From: Chiloscyllium plagiosum
Lineage: Eukaryota
NCBI RefSeq assembly: GCF_004010195.1
Contig: NC_057718.1
Span: forward strand, 72,882,978 to 72,915,963
Reading direction: 5' to 3'
DNA length: 32,986 nt
The position numbers and the translations under genes were made by a program. Positions 1 through 10,519 of this stretch are shown piece by piece (within the stretch, counting starts at the first letter, position 1; each line of letters begins with the position of its first letter). The notes beneath the pieces were generated by a model, which worked only from the letters and a program-made list of their open reading frames with translations, ran no database searches and was not told the origin of the DNA.

Positions 1-124
1 TGACCTTTAAGCGGCAATTTGATAGGTACATGGATGGGTGCTTAAGCTAGGACAAATGTTCAGCACAACATCGTGGGCTGAAGGGCCTGTTCTGTGCTGT
101 ATTGTTCTATGTTCTATGTTCTAT
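1..124 (+). mobile_element. CR1/HER1-like LINE 3' end
   Basis: GGGCTGAAGGGCCTGTTCTGTGCTGT 3' stem region followed by a (TTCTATG)n tail, typical of CR1-clade 3' ends. Confidence 0.85.
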
Positions 125-1095
125 CTACCATCGTTTGTGTGTAGCCGTGCTTCCTCACATCTTTCCTGAATGAAGGCAAAAGTGAGGACTGCAGATGCTG
201 GAGATTAGAGTGTGGTGGTGGAAAAGCACAGCAGGTCAAGCAGCATCTGAGGATGTTTTGGGCAAAAGACCTTTATCAGGAAGATTCCTGATGCCCGAAA
301 CTTAAATTCTCCTGCTCCTCGGATTCTACCTGACTTGTTGTGCTTTTCCAGCACCACACTTTCGACATCTTTCCTAATTCTAGCCCTAATTCTCAGATTA
401 TGCCCTCTATTTCTAGAATTCCCACCAGTGGAAATAGCTTATCTTTTCCAGTTAATATCTTGAAGATTTTGATAACATTGTGCTTTAGCCTTCTAAATTA
501 TAGAGAAAACAGGCCTAATTTGTATAATCTCTCCTCATAATAATCCCTGAAGTCCAGTTATAGTTCTTGTCAACCTACATTGTACTCTGTTCAAGGCCAA
601 TAAGGTGTGGTGCCAGGTCTGCTTACAGTAGTTAAAGTGGGGTCTAACCAAGTTTTGTATAACTGAAGCATACCTTCTGCATCTTTGTATTCCATCCACT
701 AGATATAAAGGGCAGCATTCCATTAGCTTTCTTTATTATTTTCTGTACCTGTTCATGGAATTTAAAGATCCATGCAACTCAACCCCCAGGTCTCTTTGGC
801 TATCCACTGTATTTAACTTCATACCTTCGAGAATGTACCCTCATCTATCCTTTTACAATCCAAAATGGATAACGTCACACTTGTTTACATTGAACTCCAT
901 CTACCTCAGTTTTTCCCAATCATTTAGTCTATCAATATCTCTTTGTAACTTTATGCTATCATCTACACTGTCTACAATGCCTCCTAGTGCAATTTTTGTC
1001 CAGACTGATTCTGCATTATAGCACTGATCTATTTTGTATAATAATTTTGTAAATAATCTTTGACATAAATTAGGAGAGCATAGAGGGACCATGGA
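125..1095 (-). mobile_element. Decayed CR1 LINE, RT C-terminal region (interrupted by 173-364)
   Basis: Minus-strand peptide TKIALGGIVDSVDDSIKLQRDIDRLNDW and LVRPHFNYC..W motif match CR1 ORF2; frameshifted. Confidence 0.75.
173..364 (-). mobile_element. Penelope-like family A fold-back (inverted-repeat) insertion
   Basis: Arms AGTGTGGTG..GGAAAAGCACAGCAGGTCA and TGAC..GTGCTTTTCCAGCACCACACT are reverse complements. Flanking direct repeat ACATCTTTCCT at 157-167 and 365-375. Degenerate hammerhead motifs at the centre. Confidence 0.8.
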
Positions 1096-1188
1096 AAATC
1101 ATTAGCAGACAATATTAAGAAAAATTCAAAGGCCTTTTATATGTATTAGAGCAAGAGGATTGCCAGGAAAGAATAAGGCCATTAAAGA

Positions 1189-1380
1189 GGAGAAAGTGAG
1201 GACTGCAGATCGGAGCTGATGTGTTGCTGGAAAAGAGCAGTAGTTCAGGCAGCATCCAAGGAGCAGAAGAATTGACGTTTCGGGCATGAGCCCTTCTTCC
1301 TCATTCCCGAAACGTCGATTCTCCTGCTCCTTGGATGCTGTCTGACCTGCTGTGCTTTTCCAGCAACACATTTTCAGTTC
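1189..1380 (-). mobile_element. Penelope-like family A fold-back insertion
   Basis: Inverted arms and terminus GGAGAAAGTGAGGACTGCAG. Perfect 14-bp TSD AAGGCCATTAAAGA at 1175-1188 and 1381-1394. Confidence 0.9.
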
Positions 1381-1722
1381 AAGGCCATTAAAGACCAATG
1401 TGTCAATCTGTGTGGAACCAAAATATCTGGCCAAGGTTTTAAGCGAATATTTGCATCAGCCTCTCCATAGAGAAAGATGATGTAGGTATAAAAATCAGTG
1501 TGGGTGTTGGACAGGATGTGCGGTGGTAAATGTGATACATTTGAATGAATTAGAACTAAGAAAGAGGAGGAATTAACAGTTGCAAATCCCCATTGCCAGA
1601 TGAGATGTATCCCAGGTTGTTACGGGAGACATTGTAGGGGCTAACGAGTTTTGAGAAGATTTGCAGCTCAGGTTGAGGTTCTGGTTGTAAGTTTGCTCGC
1701 TGAGCTAGAAGATTTGTTTTCA

Positions 1723-1756
1723 GACGTTTCATCACCATGCTAGGTAACATCATCAG
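1723..1756 (-). ncRNA. Minimal type-I hammerhead ribozyme motif (family C)
   Basis: Minus strand CUGAUGA-U-GUUACC(UAGCAU)GGUGAU-GAAAC-GUC; stem I UCA/UGA. Confidence 0.75.
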
Positions 1757-2160
1757 TGAGCCTCTGGTGAAGTGCTGGTGTTACATCCCACTTTCTATTT
1801 ATGTGTTTAGGTTTCCTGGGGTTGGTTATGTCATTTCCTGTGTTGGTGATGTCATTTCATGTTCTTTTTCTCAGAAGGTGGTAAATGGGGTCCAAATCGA
1901 TGTGTTTGTTGAAAGTGTTCTGTTTGGTATGCCATGCTTCTAGGGCTTTTTGTACGTGTATCTGTTTGGTTTGTCCTAGGATGGATATGTTGTCCCAGTC
2001 AAAGTAGTGTCCTTCTTCATCCGTATGTAAGGATACTAGTGATGGTGAGTCATGTCTTTTTGTGGCTGGTTGATGTTCATGTATCCTGGTGGCTAGTTTT
2101 CTGCCTGTTTGTCCAATGTAGCGTTTGTTACAGTTCTTGCAAGGTATTTTGTAAATGATG

Positions 2161-2372
2161 GCTGAAACTGTGTTGCTGGAAAAGCGCAGCAGGTCAGGCA
2201 GCATCCAAGGAGCAGGAGAATCGACGTTTCGGGCATGAGCCCTTCTTCAGGAAGAAGGACACATGCCTGAAACGTCGATTCTCCTGCTCCTTGGATGCTG
2301 CCTGACCTGCTGTGCTTTTCCAGCAACACATTTCAGCTCTGATCTCCAGCATCTGCAGTCCTCACTTTCTCC
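2161..2372 (+). mobile_element. Penelope-like family A fold-back insertion nested in the GIY-YIG domain of another PLE
   Basis: Inverted arms ending CTGCAGTCCTCACTTTCTCC. Perfect 16-bp TSD TATTTTGTAAATGATG at 2145-2160 and 2373-2388, which duplicates the IIYKI codons. Confidence 0.92.
2223..2250 (-). ncRNA. Minimal hammerhead ribozyme motif (family A), intact core
   Basis: Minus strand CUGAAGA-A-GGGC(UCAU)GCCC-GAAAC-GUC. Confidence 0.8.
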
Positions 2373-2869
2373 TATTTTGTAAATGATGTTTATTTTGCTT
2401 GTTGTCTGTATAGGGTCTTTTAAGTTCATTAGCTGCTGTGTGTTGGTGGGTTTGTGGGTTACCATGATGCCAAGAGGCCTGAGTAGTCTGGCAGTCATTT
2501 CCGAGATATCTTTGAGGTAGGGGAGAGTGGCTAGGGTTTCTGGTGAGTTTTGTCTGCTTGTTTGGGTTTGTTGCTGAGAAATTGGCGGACTGTGTTCATT
2601 TGCAGGGGTTCTTCAAATCCTCTCTAAACCACAAGAGGGATGCCAGAGAAGTGCTAACATTGTTCTATTATTCAAGAAGGGGTGGTGGGGATAAACCAGG
2701 ATATCAGCTACTGTGTCTAAAATTTCTGGTGGGGAAGCTATTGGAAAACATTCCGAGAGGCAGAATTAGGCTCCAATTAAATAGGCAAGGATTATTCAAA
2801 GATAATTAACATAAGGAGGAGATCATGTCTGACAAATCTAAATTTTTCGAGAAGGTCACTAGGTGTGTA

Positions 2870-3061
2870 TGATTTGGAGATGCTGGTGTTGGACTGGGGT
2901 GCACAAAGTTAAAAATCACACAGCGCCGGGTTATAGTCGAACAGGTTTATTTGGAAGCACTAGCTTTCAGAGTGCTACTCCTTCATCAGGTGATTGTCAG
3001 GTGCAGCACTCTGAAAGCTAGTGCTTCCAAATAAACCTGTTCGACTATAATCTGATTTTTA
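2870..3061 (-). mobile_element. Penelope-like family B fold-back insertion
   Basis: TTATAGTCGAACAGGTTTATTTGGAAGCACTAGCTTTCAGAGTGCT and its reverse complement. TSD ACTAGGTG(T/C)GTA at 2858-2869 and 3062-3073. Hammerhead motif on the minus strand at 2961-2989. Confidence 0.85.
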
Positions 3062-3324
3062 ACTAGGTGCGTAGATGAGCATAATTAAGATGATGTAGTC
3101 AACATGGACTTCAGTGTGCCTTTTGACAAGGCTTCATGGCAGACTGATCAATAAAGTAAGAACTAATGGGATCAACACAAATTTGGAATTTTGTAAACAA
3201 CATCCACTTAGCAGCTGAAAACAGAGGATGATGGTCAAACGTATTTTTGAGGCATGCCACAGGGTTGGTGCTGGGTCTATCGCTGTTTTAGTATATATTA
3301 ATTGCTCTGGGTTTGGTTGGAGTT

Positions 3325-4050
3325 TCTTTGGTGAGAGGTTGAATAATTTGGGTTTGTAATCATTGGAGCTTTGAAAACTAAAAAGCAACCTTATTGACAC
3401 ATAAGATTCTTAGTAAGTTTGAGAACATAGATTAGATTAGATTACTTACAGTGTGGAAACAGGCCCTTCGGCCCAACAAGTCCACACCGACCGGCCGAAG
3501 CACAACCCACCCATACCCCTACAATTACCCCTTTAATCTAACACTACGGGCAATTTAGCATGGCCAATTCACCTGACCCACATATCTTTGGACTGTGGGA
3601 GGAAACCGGAGCACCCGGAGGAAACCCACGCAGACACGGGGAGAATGTGCAAACTCCACACAGTCAGTCGCCTGAGTCGGGAATTGAACCCGGGTCTCTG
3701 GCGCTGTGAGGCAGCAGTGCTAACCACTGTGCCACCGTGCCGCCCATAGATGCTGATGGTTCTAGGCAAGTCTAGGATGAGAGGGTACGATCTCAGTAAG
3801 AGATCACCCATTTTAGAAAGAGATGAGAAGAAATCCTTTCTCTCAGAATGTAGTGAATCTGTGGAATTCTTTACTTCAGAGGACTGTTGAGGCTAAATCA
3901 TTAAGTATATTCAAGACAAGATAGAAGATTTCTAATCATGAAAGAATCAGAAATTAGGGGATAAGGCAGCAAAATGGAGTTGAGGATTATCAGATCAGAT
4001 TGGACTATCAGAGTAGCCTTCTTCTGTTACTATGACTTATGGTCTTATAA
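3325..4050 (+). mobile_element. CR1 LINE 3' end (interrupted by SINE)
   Basis: CR1 C-terminal FSQNVVNLWNSL motif (~3838-3873) and TATGACTTATGGTCTTAT tail. Confidence 0.7.
3433..3745 (-). mobile_element. Full-length HE1-type V-SINE (tRNA-derived)
   Basis: Minus strand GGGCGGCACGGTGGCACAGTGG (A box), GGTTCAATTCC (B box), V-domain GTGGAGTTTGCACATTCTCCCCGTGTCTGCGTGGGTTTCC and (AATCT)n tail. Possible short TSD ATAGAT. Confidence 0.92.
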
Positions 4051-4110
4051 TGCTTTTACAACTGTTGTACTCTGGGGTAAATCTTTTTATACATTGCTTT
4101 TTGTTTTCAG

Positions 4111-4141
4111 TTCAAGCTATCCGAATTGCAGGTGTGTGCAG
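4111..4141 (+). other. Candidate 31-nt micro-exon of an unidentified host gene
   Basis: Strong acceptor TTGCTTTTTGTTTTCAG, donor CAG|GTATGA, open in all three frames, in non-repetitive DNA. Splice signals are the only support. Confidence 0.3.
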
Positions 4142-5251
4142 GTATGACTCAGTTAATCTTACTCTTATATTTCATAGTCAAAGTGAGTTCTCTACATACA
4201 AGTGCAAGTAGAATGATTCTTAACCTCTTTTGCCATTTTTGGAGCTCCATTCATCTTTGCATTTGTTATTTAATATCAGTGAACTATCGCCTGGTGTGTT
4301 TACATTTTAAATTTTTATCTCATATCAGAAAATATTTTAGATTTTTTTCCATCTGAAACTGAGACTTTGTAGGAAGATCCAATTCTCAGAACAAATTACT
4401 TTTTATTGCATATCACTTATATTCACTTTTGTATTTCTATATGGTTTATCTTGTGCCCATTATTGAGTAAAACTCAGAAACTGCCTGTTGGAGTTGGCCA
4501 CAAATAAATTTATGAATAGCAGTGACTTCAATCAGTCACCACAGTGACCACTTCAAAAGACAGAATTACCTTTGGTAAATGAGTGTGAGAAAAGAAAAGC
4601 AGGGTCCTTGTTGCTTAGCACCCTGCAACCTTATATCTGCAAGTCTTTTTATAGCACTGTTCACAACTACTAGGCATCCTAAAGTAGTTCTCTATCATTT
4701 GAGTTTTTTTTTGTGGTGTAGTCGTCTTTGCAATGTGGGAGACATTGCCAATTTTGATACAACAAGCTTTCACAAACTGATTTTTTTCATTGGCTGCTCT
4801 TTTATTCATGAATGACATCTTTTCAGGACTGCAATTTTCAGTCTAGGTTTTTCAGTTGGCTGAACTGATTCTTGAATCCACAATCTTTGGTTTTATAGGG
4901 CAGAATGTCCCATGAGGTGCTGAGATCTGGAGTGCAGGACTTGCTTTCATATCTTTTCTCCCTTTCCAATGTTCTGGTTCATTATTATGGCTTTGGGAAT
5001 CAAAGTATAAGACCATAAGACCAAAAGAAGTAGGGAAAGGAATAGCCTGCTCCATCATTCAATAGGATCATGGCTGATCCAATATTTCTCAAGTCCACCT
5101 TCTTGGCCTTTCCCTGTAATAGCTTCATTCTGAATGATTGGTGATGGGCTCCTGCCATTCATTTAGCCATACTTCAAGGCTAGCTACAAAATGTCATTTG
5201 AGATGTTTCCTTTATCCTTCCCTGTTGGTCTTTTCAGAGTTCAGAAAACAG

Positions 5252-5334
5252 GATCTGGTTGCAAATAGTGTCCACTGCTAGGAAGCCAGGTCTATAAGTT
5301 AAACACTCAGAAAATCAGTATTTGCAACCAGATC
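5252..5334. repeat. 16-bp perfect inverted repeat, 51-nt spacer
   Basis: GATCTGGTTGCAAATA (5252-5267) and TATTTGCAACCAGATC (5319-5334). Confidence 0.9.
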
Positions 5335-6372
5335 TTTTATTCAGCAATTGTCCTATTGAATCTGAAGGATATAGTGGAAGCATTGCTGGTAGAATTTCCT
5401 TTATGCTGTTGTGTTTCGGTAATACATAATCCAACTCTTATGATTACGAGCCTGGTCTCAACAACTAGTCTGTACATTAGGACTGTTGTTGATGTGCTGA
5501 TGTCTTTGTAAAACACTTGCTACTATAGTTTGTAGAAGGCTGGACTTGTGCAGCTGATCAAAAGTTCAGTCTTCTCATCAATGGTAGCTTTTTGCGAGCA
5601 GTCATTTGTCAAGGTAAGGAAGGTGCTCAACATATTCTAGAATGTCTCCTTTGACATGTGTAAGAGATGAACAATTTGGATGACCAGGTGACCAGATTGT
5701 AATGAATTTTCTTTTGGCAAAAGTCTAAATTTCTTGCATTAAGAATTAACAATATCAAGACTGACTTCAGATCCAAAGCAGAATGCCTAACAACATGGTC
5801 ATACATACACAAATTACAGATAATTTATATCTATGGAGGTGTAATGGGTAAATCACTACAAGTTACCTCCAATTTGACCACTTATTAGGTAATCTTACCA
5901 TTAAGCCTCACAATGCAACTTGGCTATTACCTGATTAATGGTGGAATTTAGCTATAATTCCACTAACAGTGTCTACTTCTGAAAGTGTCCAGGGTTTAAT
6001 CCTTGTGCAGTGTTGTTTTTCTGCTTAAGAGTGAGTTCCAGTCTTCGATTCTTTACAGATTTTCATTGTTCATGTCTATGTGTGATATTATTGATGATTT
6101 TTTAAAAGTCCTTTCATCTGAATTAGTGCAACTTGCCTTCTTATCAGAGGTAGATTCTGTATTCCTTTTTACATTTGGGACCGATTGTCTGTTTAAAGAT
6201 ACAGCCTTCCTGCAGTTAACATCTTAAATTTTTCTTCAGGGCAATCTTTGTCCTTTGTGGCAATAAAGCCTCCAGTTTATCAAGCAGGTGTCAAAGCAAT
6301 TTTGTTTACATAATCTTGACTCCCTTTTTTCTAAGACATAGCTAATTTCTTTTAGTCTCAATGAAATAGCCT

Positions 6373-6594
6373 ATGGTTGATGGAATTTAACCATGACGAA
6401 TGATAAGATGTGCAAATTGGGTGGATTGGCCATGGTAAATGCAGAGCTATAGGGATGTTCTTCAGAGGGTTTGTGTAGACTCAATGGACTCAATGGCCAC
6501 TTTCCACACTGTAGGGATTCTATGATTCTATGAATGGGAAGTGCTGCACTTTGATAGAAGGAACAAGACGAGGGAGTACTCAATGCATGGCAAG
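6373..6594. repeat. 222-bp perfect inverted duplicate of 7590-7811
   Basis: Base-by-base reverse-complement identity; the ORF track gives the same peptide for both copies. Confidence 0.95.
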
Positions 6595-6944
6595 CTTATT
6601 TCAGATAGCATTATTACTACAGTTTTCCGTGTGTAACTTTATCTTTTGTTGATTCATTCCATCCATGAACAGTTCTGAATTCTATAATATCATGGAGGCA
6701 ACCGAGAGTAATGAGATCTCCATCTAGGAAGTATTTTATAGTCTTACAAGAGGCTAGTTAATCTTTGATTAAGTGAATAGCCACCGTCAGGTGGATTGTA
6801 CATAATATGATGGTTATTAACATTTCTTTGCCATATCCAGATTTTGAAGGTATCTGTTTCAGATCACCAACTCAAAACTAATTGTTCACATACCATCACC
6901 AAGCTATTGAAACTTGTGATGAAGTTACTTGAATATCCAAATTC

Positions 6945-7270
6945 ACAATCCACAGAGCCAAGAGCAGGGAGTTGATGTTGAATTTTATAAAACACTTATT
7001 TAGCCACATCTGGAGTATTGTGTGCAGTTCTTGGGGCCACATTAAAAAGGATGTGAAAGCATTAGACAGAGTGCAGAGGAGCTTTATGAGAATAGTTCGA
7101 GGGATGAAGAACTTCAGCTATGAGAATGGATTGAACAGATTGGGACTGTAATGCTTGGAGAGAAGAAGAGGAGACCTGATGGAGGTTTTCAAAATCCTCA
7201 GCAAAATGGATAGAGTAGATGGGGAGAAGCTATTTTGGCTCATAAAAGGAACCAAAACAAGAGGGAATTA
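6945..7270 (+). mobile_element. CR1 LINE C-terminal fragment
   Basis: PHLEYCVQF and ERRRGDLMEVFKIL motifs. Confidence 0.75.
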
Positions 7271-7651
7271 TCATAGAATCGTTCAGTCAAATCTGTACCA
7301 CCAAAAATATATTACTATCAACTCTAATTCCACTATCCAGCACTAGGTCCATAGCTTTGAATATTATGACAATTCACGTGTTCAGCAAAATATTTTTTAA
7401 TGGCTGTAAGGTTTCTTGCCTCAATTATCCTCTCATGTAATGCATTCCAGACCACTACCAATATTTGGATGAAAATATTTCCCTCAAATCCCCTCTCAAC
7501 CTCCTGCCTTTCACTTTAAAATTATACCAAATTAAGGGATCTGTGGGCAAGTACCTGAGATCCTTTTGTTTCTCTGAGCTTCCTAGTGTCTTGCCATGCA
7601 TTGAGTACTCCCTCGTCTTGTTCCTTCTATCAAAGTGCAGCACTTCCCATT

Positions 7652-7780
7652 CATAGAATCATAGAATCCCTACAGTGTGGAAAGTGGCCATTGAGTCCAT
7701 TGAGTCTACACAAACCCTCTGAAGAACATCCCTATAGCTCTGCATTTACCATGGCCAATCCACCCAATTTGCACATCTTA
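7652..7780 (-). mobile_element. HE1-related SINE 3' fragment nested in CR1
   Basis: CATAGAATCATAGAATCCCTACAGTGTGGAAA tail and CATGGCCAATCCACC resemble the HE1 3' part. Confidence 0.7.
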
Positions 7781-9112
7781 TCATTCGTCATGGTTAAATT
7801 CCATCAACCATTAACATGCCGATCCGATCAATCTATTTATATCCTCCTGTACCATAAGAAATTCTTCCTTACTGATATGTGCCTGACCAATCTTTGTGTT
7901 ACCTGCAAACTTACTCTCACATTCTATATTATTCATGAATTTTATAAACAATAAGGGATCCAGCACAGATCCCTGTGGTACACCACTGCACACCAGGCTC
8001 CAGGCACACAAACAGTCATCTGCAACTGCCCTCTGTCTCTTATAATTAAGCTAATTTTGGAACCATCTTGCCAAGTCACCCTGGATCCTTTGAGCTTTTA
8101 TCATCCTTACCAGTTTTGCATGTGGGATTTTGTCCTCATGTTTTCCTGAAATCCATATTACCTATACCTTCACCCTCATGCCTGCTCACCTCCACAAAAA
8201 TTTCCACCATTTTGTTCAAAGGCATGACCTCCTTCTGGTAAGGTTATGCTGATTATCTCTGATCAAACCATACCTCTTTAAATGGGGATTAATTTTCTCT
8301 TTCACTATTTTCTCAAGTAGTTTCCCTAACACTGATGTTAGATCACTTGTCTGTCATTCTCTGATCTATTGTAATCGCTTTTCCTGTAAAGTGGAACCAC
8401 ATTAGTTGTCTTTCAATTCTTTAGCACCTCCATTGCAGTCAGAGGTGATTTAAAATTTGGATAATGGCCCCTGTAATTTCCTCCCTCATCTCCCACAACA
8501 GTTTGGGATATGACTCATCTGGACTGGGGAATCTGCCTACTTTTAGATCCATCAAGTCCTCCAATACCTCCTCATTTCTTATTCTCAATCGGCTCAAGAC
8601 CTTCACAGTCCATCTTCTCAAATTCTGTACTTGGAATCTGCTTCTCCCAAGTAAAAATAGATGTGAAGTATTCATTTAACATTCTACCAATGTGCTCCAG
8701 CTTCACACACACATATTAGGTCGTACTATTTTCCTAGTTATTCTTTTCTCCATGGTATACTTATAGAACATCTTGGGATTCTCTCTTGTCTTGCTCGCCA
8801 ATGTTTTCCCATGCCCCTTCTTTGCTCTCCTAATTGTTTTATTGACCTCCTTCCTGCATGTCCTATAATCCTCCAGGGCCTCAGTTGTTTTGAACTCTTT
8901 ATCTCTGTTATATGCCTCTCTTTTCCATTTTATCCAATCCTGAATATTCTTAGACATCCATGGTTCTCTGGAATTGTTGGTCCTATTTTTCACCTTAAAG
9001 GGAACGTTCTGGGCCTGTAATCCTCCAGTATCTTTTTAATTGCCTCCCCCTGTTCAGCCTTGGATTTACCCTCAAGTAAATGTTCCCAATCTATTTTGGC
9101 CAGCTCCTGCCT

Positions 9113-9190
9113 TGTTGATGTAAAGCTGGAAATGCACAACAGGTTAGATAGCATCCGAGAAGCAGGAAAGTCAATGTTTCGGGCCAAAAC
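9113..9190 (-). mobile_element. Penelope-like family A fragment
   Basis: GCTGGAAATGCACAACAGG...AGCATCCGAGAAGCAGG...TTTCGGGC; ends within hammerhead stem II. Confidence 0.65.
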
Positions 9191-9985
9191 TCGGTATTGT
9201 GGTCGCTTTCACGAGAATGCTCCCCCAATGTCACTTTGAATATACCTATCCAACTTCATTCCCCAGAATTAAGTTCAACACTGCGCTGTCTCTTGTAGGA
9301 CCATTTATATGTTTACTCAAAAAGCTCTCCTGTACATATTTCAAGAAATCTATCCCCTCTAAACCCTTGAAAATATGATTACCCCAATTAATATTAGGGT
9401 ACTTAAAATCCCCTCATGTAATTATCCTGTTATTATTTTTACATGCCTTTGTAAATTGACTACATATTTGCTGCTCAATTACTTGATTGTTTGTGGCCTA
9501 TAATCCGCTCCTAACAGTGGGACCAACCCTTTTTATTCCTAGGCCGCAAAGCCTCATTCGATGACCATTCCAAGATATCTTCCCTGCTTATTGCAGTAAC
9601 TAACTCCCGAACTAATAATGCAACACCACTTCCACTTTTGCACATTCCCCTGTCCTGCCTGAGGATACAATACCCTGAAAAATTAAATTGCCAGGCTTAA
9701 CCGTGTCTCTATGATGGCAACATTGCAGTTCCATGAATCAACCGATGCCCTTAATTATAATACATAGCGCATTACAGTAGAGGCCCTGAGGCCTTACCTT
9801 ACTCTCCTGAGACATAACATGACTGAACTTGCTGCACTTTGATGCTGTTTCTAAGTTATATGTGTTGATATTGAACCAACTCAGTGTGTTTCTTGCCCCT
9901 ACTGAACTAGTTTAAATTCTTCCCAACAGCATGAGCAAACCCTTCTGCAGCAATGTTGGTTCCATTCTGATTCAGGTGTGACTGA

Positions 9986-10515
9986 CCCACTTATCCCAGT
10001 TCCAACCTTCCAGCTCAGCACTATCCTCATGACCTGTCCCACCTAACAATCTTCCTTCCCACCTATCCGCTCCACTCTCCTCTCTGACCTATCACCTCCA
10101 TCCCCACCCCCATTCACCTATTGTACTCTTTGCTACCTTCTCCCCAGCCCAACCCCCCCATTTATCTCTCCACTCTGGAGGCTTACTGCCTCTATTCATG
10201 ATGAAGGGCTTTTGCCCGAAATGTCGATTCTCCTGCTCCTCGGATGCTGCCTGACCTGCTGTGCTTTTTCAGCACCACTCGGATCTAGACTCTGGTGTCC
10301 ACTTTTGCCTCACTTTTGCCTAGTTGAAGAAGTTCTCCTCTCTCCACAAGAATCTCAGTGAGTCTCTCTCTCACTGCAACCCCCAGGTCATCTCCTCTGC
10401 CCGAAAGCTCTTCAACCATGTACTGAAACAGACTCGCTACCACAGCCACACTTGCATCCTCAGTGCCTGCCTCCGTAACCAACTGTTCCCACATGGACTC
10501 CGGACTACATTCAAC
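9986..10515 (+). mobile_element. Penelope-like family A parent fragment: 3'UTR, hammerhead, pLTR end and start of ORF
   Basis: A pyrimidine-rich UTR and mutated hammerhead (ATGATGAAGGGCTTTTGCCCGAAATGTC, ~10198-10225) precede the family A arm. It runs into KLFNHVLKQTRYHSHTCILSACLRNQLFPHGL, resembling the PLE N-terminal H..FL..C....P.G motif. Confidence 0.75.
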
Positions 10516-10519
10516 GACA

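Larger units (their letters stand above)
1643..2599 (-). mobile_element. 5'-truncated Penelope-like retrotransposon (family C) with GIY-YIG endonuclease and 3' pLTR
   Basis: Minus-strand IIYKIPCKNCNKRYIGQTGRKLATRIHEH...LEAWH is a PLE GIY-YIG domain, preceded by TARLLRPLGIMVTHKPTNT. Degenerate TSD TTG(T/C)AGGGG(C/T)T at 1632-1642 and 2600-2610. Confidence 0.9.
1097..3295 (+). mobile_element. Decayed CR1 LINE ORF2 (tether/RT), split by three PLE insertions (one with a nested fourth)
   Basis: LADNIKKNSKAFYMYI motif (~1101-1148), RSCLTNL (~2820) and MDFSVPFDK (~3103-3130) CR1 RT motifs. Confidence 0.75.
7535..9985 (-). mobile_element. Decayed CR1 LINE ORF2 (endonuclease remnant, tether, RT)
   Basis: Minus-strand SGVPQGSVLDPLLFI, RRAKKGHGKTLASKTRENPKMFYKY and PSPDESYPKLLWE motifs; many frameshifts and deletions. 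Confidence 0.85.

Noticed and set aside
2161..2372. Fold-backs as pre-miRNA genes or retrozymes
   Set aside because: The hairpins are explained by TE structure and there are no expression data. Retrozymes have direct tandem hammerheads, whereas these are inverted.
5536..5613. Possible exon ending AAG|GTAAGG
   Set aside because: Good donor but weak acceptor and no recognisable peptide.
10308..10326. CTCACTTTTGCCTAG as a PLE intron acceptor at the fixed element terminus
   Set aside because: It resembles a 3' splice site, but no convincing donor is visible and this copy is locally rearranged.
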